This document shows, piece by piece, positions 55,490 through 64,000 of a DNA stretch of 64,000 nucleotides. Location: positions 30,771,187-30,835,186 of the forward strand of contig OZ024762.1 in the NCBI GenBank assembly GCA_964016885.1. Direction: 5' to 3'. Both the position numbers and the translations under genes were made by a program. Each line of letters begins with the position of its first letter. The stretch's first letter is position 1. Source of the DNA: Eledone cirrhosa (taxonomy: Eukaryota). The notes below the pieces were generated by a model. It was not told the DNA's origin and made no database searches. It saw nothing but the letters and a program-made list of their open reading frames with translations.

Positions 55490-58400
55490 GTATTAGCTGT
55501 CAGAAGTAACTCCACTGTTGGTGAGAATTCATTTAATTCATGGTATTAGCTGTCAGAAGTAACTCCACTGTTGGTGAGAATTCATTTAAGTTCATGGTAT
55601 TAGCTGTCAGAAGTAACTCCACTGTTGGTGAGAATTCATTTAAGTTCATGGTACTAGCTGTCAGAAGTAACTCCACTGTTGGTGAGAATTCATTTAAGTT
55701 CATGGTATTAGCTGTCAGAAGTAACTCCACTGTTGGTGAGAATTCATTTAAGTCATGGTACTAGCTGTCAGAAGTAACTCCACTGTTGGTGAGAATTCAT
55801 ATAAGTTCATGGTATTAGCTGTCAGAAGGAACTCCACTGTTGGTGAGAATTCATTTAAGTTCATGGTATTAGCTGTCAGAAGTAACTCCAATGTTGGTGA
55901 GAATTCATTTAAGTTCATGGTATTAGCTGTCAGAAGTAACTCCACTGTTGGTGAGAATCCATTTAAGTTCATGGTATTAGCTGTCAGAAGTAACTCCACT
56001 GTTGGTGAGAATTCATTTAAGTTCATGGTACTAGCTGTCAGAAGTAACTCCACTGTTGGTGAGAATTCATTTAAGTTCATGGTACTAGCTGTCAGAAGTA
56101 ACCCCAATGTTGGTGAGAATTCATTTAAGTTCATGGTATTAGCTGTCAGAAGTCACTCCACTGTTGGTGAGAATTCATTTAAGTTCATGGTATTAGCTGT
56201 CAGAAGTAACTCCACTGTTGGTGAGAATTCATTTAAGTTCATGGTATTAGCTGTCAGAAGTAACTCCACTGTTGGTGAGAATTCATTTAAGTTCATGGTA
56301 TTAGCTGTCAGAAGTAACTCCACTGTTGGTGAGAATTCATTTAAGTTCATGGTACTAGCTGTCAGAAGTAACTCCACTGTTGGTGAGAATTCATTTAAGT
56401 TCATGGTATTAGCTGTCAGAAGTAACTCCACTGTTGGTGAGAATTCATTTAAGTCATGGTATTAGCTGTCAGAAGTAACTCCATTGTTGGTGAGAATTCA
56501 TTTAAGTCATGGTACTAGCTGTCAGAAGTAACTCCACTGTTGGTGAGAATTCATTTAAGTTCATGGTACTAGCTGTCAGAAGTAACTCCACTGTTGGTGA
56601 GAATTCATTTAAGTTCATGGTACTAGCTGTCAGAAGTAACTCCACTGTTGGTGAGAATTCATTTAAGTTCATGGTACTAGCTGTCAGAAGTAACTCCACT
56701 GTTGGTGAGAATTCATTTAAGTTCATGGTACTAGCTGTCAGAAGTAACTCAACTGTTGGTGAGAATTCATTTAAGTTCATGGTACTAGCTGTCAGAAGTA
56801 ACCCCAATGTTGGTGAGAATTCATTTAAGTTCATGGTATTAGCTGTCAGAAGTCACTCCACTGTTGGTAAGAATTCATTTAAGTTCATGGTATTAGCTGT
56901 CAGAAGTAACTCCACTGTTGGTGAGAATTCATTTAATTCATGGTATTAGCTGTCAGAAGTAACTCCACTGTTGGTGAGAATTCATTTAAGTTCATGGTAT
57001 TAGCTGTCAGAAGTAACTCCACTGTTGGTGAGAATTCATTTAAGTTCATGGTACTAGCTGTCAGAAGTAACTCCACTGTTGGTGAGAATTCATTTAAGTT
57101 CATGGTATTAGCTGTCAGAAGTAACTCCACTGTTGGTGAGAATTCATTTAAGTCATGGTACTAGCTGTCAGAAGTAACTCCACTGTTGGTGAGAATTCAT
57201 ATAAGTTCATGGTATTAGCTGTCAGAAGGAACTCCACTGTTGGTGAGAATTCATTTAAGTGCATGGTATTAGCTGTCAGAAGTAACTCCAATGTTGGTGA
57301 GAATTCATTTAAGTTCATGGTATTAGCTGTCAGAAGTAACTCCACTGTTGGTGAGAATCCATTTAAGTTCATGGTATTAGCTGTCAGAAGTAACTCCACT
57401 GTTGGTGAGAATTCATTTAAGTTCATGGTACTAGCTGTCAGAAGTAACTCCACTGTTGGTGAGAATTCATTTAAGTTCATGGTACTAGCTGTCAGAAGTA
57501 ACCCCAATGTTGGTGAGAATTCATTTAAGTTCATGGTATTAGCTGTCAGAAGTCACTCCACTGTTGGTGAGAATTCATTTAAGTTCATGGTATTAGCTGT
57601 CAGAAGTAACTCCACTGTTGGTGAGAATTCATTTAAGTTCATGGTATTAGCTGTCAGAAGTAACTCCACTGTTGGTGAGAATTCATTTAAGTTCATGGTA
57701 TTAGCTGTCAGAAGTAACTCCACTGTTGGTGAGAATTCATTTAAGTTCATGGTACTAGCTGTCAGAAGTAACTCCACTGTTGGTGAGAATTCATTTAAGT
57801 TCATGGTATTAGCTGTCAGAAGTAACTCCACTGTTGGTGAGAATTCATTTAAGTCATGGTATTAGCTGTCAGAAGTAACTCCATTGTTGGTGAGAATTCA
57901 TTTAAGTCATGGTACTAGCTGTCAGAAGTAACTCCACTGTTGGTGAGAATTCATTTAAGTTCATGGTACTAGCTGTCAGAAGTAACTCCACTGTTGGTGA
58001 GAATTCATTTAAGTTCATGGTACTAGCTGTCAGAAGTAACTCCACTGTTGGTGAGAATTCATTTAAGTTCATGGTACTAGCTGTCAGAAGTAACTCCACT
58101 GTTGGTGAGAATTCATTTAAGTTCATGGTACTAGCTGTCAGAAGTAACTCAACTGTTGGTGAGAATTCATTTAAGTTCATGGTACTAGCTGTCAGAAGTA
58201 ACCCCAATGTTGGTGAGAATTCATTTAAGTTCATGGTATTAGCTGTCAGAAGTCACTCCACTGTTGGTGAGAATTCATTTAAGTTCATGGTATTAGCTGT
58301 CAGAAGTAACTCCACTGTTGGTGAGAATTCATTTAATTCATGGTATTAGCTGTCAGAAGTAACTCCACTGTTGGTGAGAATTCATTTAAGTTCATGGTAT

Positions 58401-59520
58401 TAGCTGTCAGAAGTAACTCCACTGTTGGTGAGAATTCATTTAAGTTCATGGTACTAGCTGTCAGAAGTAACTCCACTGTTGGTGAGAATTCATTTAAGTT
58501 CATGGTATTAGCTGTCAGAAGTAACTCCACTGTTGGTGAGAATTCATTTAAGTCATGGTACTAGCTGTCAGAAGTAACTCCACTGTTGGTGAGAATTCAT
58601 ATAAGTTCATGGTATTAGCTGTCAGAAGGAACTCCACTGTTGGTGAGAATTCATTTAAGTTCATGGTATTAGCTGTCAGAAGTAACTCCAATGTTGGTGA
58701 GAATTCATTTAAGTTCATGGTATTAGCTGTCAGAAGTAACTCCACTGTTGGTGAGAATCATTTAAGTTCATGGTATTAGCTGTCAGAAGTAACTCCACTG
58801 TTGGTGAGAATTCATTTAAGTTCATGGTACTAGCTGTCAGAAGTAACTCCACTGTTGGTGAGAATTCATTTAAGTTCATGGTACTAGCTGCTCAGAAGTA
58901 ACCCCAATGTTGGTGAGAATTCATTTAAGTTCATGGTATTAGCTGTCAGAAGTCACTCCACTGTTGGTGAGAATTCATTTAAGTTCATGGTATTAGCTGT
59001 CAGAAGTAACTCCACTGTTGGTGAGAATTCATTTAAGTTCATGGTATTAGCTGTCAGAAGTAACTCCACTGTTGGTGAGAATTCATTTAAGTTCATGGTA
59101 TTAGCTGTCAGAAGTAACTCCACTGTTGGTGAGAATTCATTTAAGTTCATGGTACTAGCTGTCAGAAGTAACTCCACTGTTGGTGAGAATTCATTTAAGT
59201 TCATGGTATTAGCTGTCAGAAGTAACTCCACTGTTGGTGAGAATTCATTTAAGTCATGGTATTAGCTGTCAGAAGTAACTCCATTGTTGGTGAGAATTCA
59301 TTTAAGTCATGGTACTAGCTGTCAGAAGTAACTCCACTGTTGGTGAGAATTCATTTAAGTTCATGGTACTAGCTGTCAGAAGTAACTCCACTGTTGGTGA
59401 GAATTCATTTAAGTTCATGGTACTAGCTGTCAGAAGTAACTCCACTGTTGGTGAGAATTCATTTAAGTTCATGGTACTAGCTGTCAGAAGTAACTCCACT
59501 GTTGGTGAGAATTCATTTAA
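55490..59520 (+). repeat. 1400-bp (26-monomer) HOR, about three tandem copies
   Basis: ORF starts 55540/56940/58340, 55755/57155/58555 and 56509/57909/59309 are at exact 1400-bp spacing with the same marker order as the 42-47 kb cluster. Confidence 0.93.
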
Positions 59521-62500
59521 GTTCATGGTACTAGCTGTCAGAAGTAACTCCAATGTTGGTGAGAATTCATTTAAGTCATGGTACTAGCTGTCAGAAGTAA
59601 CTCCACTGTTGGTGAGAATTCATTTAAGTTCATGGTATTAGCTGTCAGAAGGAACTCCACTGTTGGTGAGAATTCATTTAAGTTCATGGTATTAGCTGTC
59701 AGAAGTAACTCCACTGTTGGTGAGAATTCATTTAAGTTCATGGTACTAGCTGTCAGAAGTAACTCCACTGTTGGTGAGAATTCATTTAAGTTCATGGTAT
59801 TAGCTGTCAGAAGTAACTCCACTGTTGGTGAGAATTCATTTAAGTCATGGTATTAGCTGTCAGAAGTAACTCCACTTGTTGGTGAGAATTCATTTAAGTC
59901 ATGGTACTAGCTGTCAGAAGTAACTCCACTGTTGGTGAGAATTCATTTAAGTTCATGGTATTAGCTGTCAGAAGGAACTCCACTGTTGGTGAGAATTCAT
60001 TTAAGTTCATGGTATTAGCTGTCAGAAGTAACTCCACTGTTGGTGAGAATTCATTTAAGTTCATGGTACTAGCTGTCAGAAGTAACTCCACTGCTGGTGA
60101 GAATTCATTTAAGTTCATGGTATTAGCTGTCAGAAGTAACTCCACTGTTGGTGAGAATTCATTTAAGTCATGTATTAGCTGTCAGAAGTAACTCCATGTT
60201 GGTGAGAATTCATTTAAGTCATGGTACTAGCTGTCAGAAGTAACTCCACTGTTGGTGAGAATTCATTTAAGTTCATGGTATTAGCTGTCAGAAGGAACTC
60301 CACTGTTGGTGAGAATTCATTTAAGTTCATGGTATTAGCTGTCAGAAGTAACTCCACTGTTGGTGAGAATTCATTTAAGTTCATGGTATTAGCTGTCAGA
60401 AGTAACTCCAATGTTGGTGAGAATTCATTTAAGTCATGGTACTAGCTGTCAGAAGTAACTCCACTGTTGGTGAGAATTCATATAAGTTCATGGTATTAGC
60501 TGTCAGAAGGAACTCCACAGTTGGTGAGAATTCATTTAAGTTCATGGTATTAGCTGTCAGAAGTCACTCCACTGTTGGTGAGAATTCATTTAAGTTCATG
60601 GTACTAGCTGTCAGAAGTAACTCCACTGTTGGTGAGAATTCATTTAAGTTCATGGTATTAGCTGTCAGAAGTAACTCCACTGTTGGTGAGAATTCATTTA
60701 AGTTCATGGTATTAGCTGTCAGAAGTAACTCCACTGTTGGTGAGAATTCATTTAAGTTCATGGTATTAGCTGTCAGAAGTAACTCCACTGTTGGTGAGAA
60801 TTCATTTAAGTTCATGGTACTAGCTGTCAGAAGTAACTCCACTGTTGGTGAGAATTCATTTAAGTTCATGGTATTAGCTGTCAGAAGTAACTCCACTGTT
60901 GGTGAGAATTCATTTAAGTTCATGGTATTAGCTGTCAGAAGTAACTCCACTGTTGGTGAGAATTCATTTAAGTTCATGGTATTAGCTGTCAGAAGTAACT
61001 CCACTGTTGGTGAGAATTCATTTAAGTTCATGGTACTAGCTGTCAGAAGTAACTCCACTGTTGGTGAGAATTCATTTAAGTTCATGGTATTAGCTGTCAG
61101 AAGTAACTCCACTGTTGGTGAGAATTCATTTAAGTCATGGTATTAGCTGTCAGAAGTAACTCCATTGTTGGTGAGAATTCATTTAAGTCATGGTACTAGC
61201 TGTCAGAAGTAACTCCACTGTTGGTGAGAATTCATTTAAGTTCATGGTAATTAGCTGTCAGAAGGAACTCCACTGTTGGTGAGAATTCATTTAAGTTCAT
61301 GGTATTAGCTGTCAGAAGTAACTCCACTGTTGGTGAGAATTCATTTAAGTTCATGGTACTAGCTGTCAGAAGGAATCCACTGTTGGTGAGAATTCATTTA
61401 AGTTCATGGTATTAGCTGTCAGAAGTAACTCAACTGTTGGTGAGAATTCATTTAAGTCATGGTACTAGCTGTCAGAAGTAACTCCACTGTTGGTGAGAAT
61501 TCATTTAAGTTCATGGTACTAGCTGTCAGAAGGAACTCCACAGTTGGTGAGAATTCATTTAAGTTCATGGTATTAGCTGTCAGAAGTCACTCCACTGTTG
61601 GTGAGAATTCATTTAAGTTCATGGTACTAGCTGTCAGAAGTAACTCCACTGTTGGTGAGAATTCATTTAAGTTCATGGTATTAGCTGTCAGAAGTAACTC
61701 CACTGTTGGTGAGAATTCATTTAAGTTCATGGTATTAGCTGTCAGAAGTAACTCCACTGTTGGTGAGAATTCATTTAAGTTCATGGTATTAGCTGTCAGA
61801 AGTAACTCCACTGTTGGTGAGAATTCATTTAAGTTCATGGTACTAGCTGTCAGAAGTAACTCCACTGTTGGTGAGAATTAATTTAAGTTCATGGTATTAG
61901 CTGTCAGAAGTAACTCCACTGTTGGTGAGAATTCATTTAAGTCATGGTATTAGCTGTCAGAAGTAACTCCATTGTTGGTGAGAATTCATTTAAGTCATGG
62001 TACTAGCTGTCAGAAGTAACTCCACTGTTGGTGAGAATTCATTTAAGTTCATGGTATTAGCTGTCAGAAGGAACTACACTGTTGGTGAGAATTCATTTAA
62101 GTTCATGGTATTAGCTGTCAGAAGTAACTCCACTGTTGGTGAGAATTCATTTAAGTTCATGGTACTAGCTGTCAGAAGTAACTCCACTGTTGGTGAGAAT
62201 TCATTTAAGTTCATGGTACTAGCTGTCAGAAGGAATCCACTGTTGGTGAGAATTCATTTAAGTTCATGGTATTAGCTGTCAGAAGTAACTCCAATGTTGG
62301 TGAGAATTCATTTAAGTCATGGTACTAGCTGTCAGAAGTAACTCCACTGTTGGTGAGAATTCATATAAGTTCATGGTATTAGCTGTCAGAAGGAACTCCA
62401 CAGTTGGTGAGAATTCATTTAAGTCATGGTATTAGCTGTCAGAAGTAACTCCAATGTTGGTGAGAATTCATTTAAGTTCATGGTATTAGCTGTCAGAAGT

Positions 62501-64000
62501 AACTCCACTGTTGGTGAGAATTCATTTAAGTTCATGGTACTAGCTGTCAGAAGTAACTCCACTGTTGGTGAGAATCCATTTAAGTTCATGGTATTAGCTG
62601 TCAGAAGTAACTCCACTGTTCGTGAGAATTCATTTAAGTCATGGTATTAGCTGTCAGAAGTAACTCCATTGTTGGTGAGAATTCATTTAAGTCATGGTAC
62701 TAGCTGTCAGAAGTAACTCCACTGTTGGTGAGAATTCATTTAAGTTCATGGTATTAGCTGTCAGAAGGAACTCCACTGTTGGTGAGAATTCATTTAAGTT
62801 CATGGTATTAGCTGTCAGAAGTAACTCCACTGTTGGTGAGAATTCATTTAAGTTCATGGTACTAGCTGTCAGAAGTAACTCCACTGTTGGTGAGAATTCA
62901 TTTAAGTTCATGGTACTAGCTGTCAGAAGGAATCCACTGTTGGTGAGAATTCATTTAAGTTCATGGTATTAGCTGTCAGAAGTAACTCCAATGTTGGTGA
63001 GAATTCATTTAAGTCATGGTACTAGCAGTCAGAAGTAACTCCACTGTTGGTGAGAATTCATATAAGTTCATGGTATTAGCTGTCAGAAGGAACTCCACAG
63101 TTGGTGAGAATTCATTTAAGTTCATGGTATTAGCTGTCAGAAGTCACTCCACTGTTGGTGAGAATTCATTTAAGTTCATGGTACTAGCTGTCAGAAGTAA
63201 CTCCACTGTTGGTGAGAATTCATTTAAGTTCATGGTATTAGCTGTCAGAAGTAACTCCACTGTTGGTGAGAATTCATTTAAGTTCATGGTATTAGCTGTC
63301 AGAAGTAACTCCACTGTTGGTGAGAATTCATTTAAGTTCATGGTATTAGCTGTCAGAAGTAACTCCACTGTTGGTGAGAATCCATTTAAGTTCATGGTAT
63401 TAGCTGTCAGAAGTAACTCCACTGTTGGTGAGAATTCATTTAAGTTCATGGTACTAGCTGTCAGAAGTAACTCCACTGTTGGTGAGAATTCATTTAAGTT
63501 CATGGTACTAGCTCTCAGAAGTAACTCCAATGTTGGTGAGAATTCATTTAAGTTCATGGTATTAGCTGTCAGAAGTAACTCACTGTTGGTGAGAATTCAT
63601 TTAAGTTCATGGTATTAGCTGTCAGAAGTAACTCACTGTTGGTGAGAATTCATTTAAGTTCATGGTACTAGCTGTCAGAAGTAACTCCACTGTTGGTGAG
63701 AATTCATTTAAGTTCATGGTATTAGCTGTCAGAAGTAACTCCACTGTTGGTGAGAATTCATTTAAGTTCATGGTATTAGCTGTCAGAAGTAACTCCACTG
63801 TTGGTGAGAATTCATTTAAGTTCATGGTACTAGCTGTCAGAAGTAACTCCACTGTTGGTGAGAATTCAATTTTAAGTTCATGGTATTAGCCTGTCAGAAG
63901 TAACTCCAATTGTTGGTGAGAATTCATTTAAGTCATGGTACTAGCTGTCAGAAGTAACTCCACTGTTGGTGAGAATTCATTTAAGTTCATGGTACTAGAC

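Larger units (their letters stand above)
1..64000 (+). repeat. 54-bp tandem satellite DNA array (~1,190 monomers, single orientation, extends to both window edges)
   Basis: The unit ATGGTA[T/C]TAG[C/T]TGTCAGAAG[T/G]AACTCCA[C/A/T]TGTTGGTGAGAATTCATTTAAG[T/-]TC repeats from base 1 to the end with no intervening sequence and no inverted copies seen. Common length variants are 53 bp (AAGTCATG), 52 bp (CATTAAGTCATG) and a C>TT change (TAGTTTGTC). Confidence 0.99.

Noticed and set aside
305-63889. Numerous 61-272 aa ORFs on both strands as protein-coding genes (e.g. a repeat or LRR-like surface protein)
   Set aside because: They are pure translations of the 54-bp unit, with no unique N- or C-terminal domain. 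Recurrent 1-bp indels shift the frame every few monomers, and most variants change amino acids, with no sign of codon-level constraint.
1-64000. CRISPR array
   Set aside because: There are no unique spacers: all 54 positions are conserved between units. No cas genes or leader are present.
1-64000. tRNA, 5S rRNA, snRNA or spliced-leader RNA gene tandem array
   Set aside because: The unit is too short and shows no cloverleaf or recognisable structured-RNA sequence. GTTC alone is not a full B-box.
1-64000. Synthetic concatemer or rolling-circle amplification artefact
   Set aside because: Variants recur in ordered, nested, hierarchical blocks with private mutations, which is the pattern of natural satellite evolution rather than random error on one template. 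Individual duplications still need read validation.
1-64000. Telomeric repeat or CENP-B box
   Set aside because: There are no TTAGGG-type or G-rich short repeats. The CENP-B box needs two CpGs (TTCG...CGGG) and the consensus has none.
1-64000. Embedded transposon, inversion or unique insertion
   Set aside because: Reading through the window, I saw no departure from the monomer longer than a few bases and no reverse-orientation monomers.
1-64000. Variant order as a functional code, or a diversity-generating or phase-variation cassette system
   Set aside because: The pattern is explained by point mutation plus duplication and deletion of monomer blocks. No recombinase, reverse transcriptase or expression locus is present.

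Overview
The entire 64 kb window is one uninterrupted, single-orientation, head-to-tail tandem satellite array. The monomer is 54 bp (consensus ATGGTATTAGCTGTCAGAAGTAACTCCACTGTTGGTGAGAATTCATTTAAGTTC; 20/54 = 37% GC; no CpG; one EcoRI and one AluI site), present in roughly 1,190 copies of 52-56 bp, most within 0-3 changes of consensus. I found no genes, RNA genes, transposons, CRISPR spacers or unique sequence. All listed ORFs are translations of the repeat, broken every few monomers by 1-bp indels. The informative signal is the order of variant monomers, which defines nested higher-order repeats and segmental duplications (periods 108, 161, 214, 913/967, 1344, 1400, 2313, 2423, 2479, 2638, 3444 and ~5649 bp), non-adjacent block copies (offsets 10,442, 14,909 and ~33.7 kb), and a turnover of diagnostic variants between a left (~1-34 kb) and a right (~37-64 kb) domain. 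This looks like a young, actively homogenising eukaryotic satellite, possibly centromeric or pericentromeric (inference). I cannot assign it to a named family or species. I found no evidence of a new gene-encoded system. Periods were derived from ORF-track offsets and checked by eye against rare marker variants, so block boundaries are approximate.
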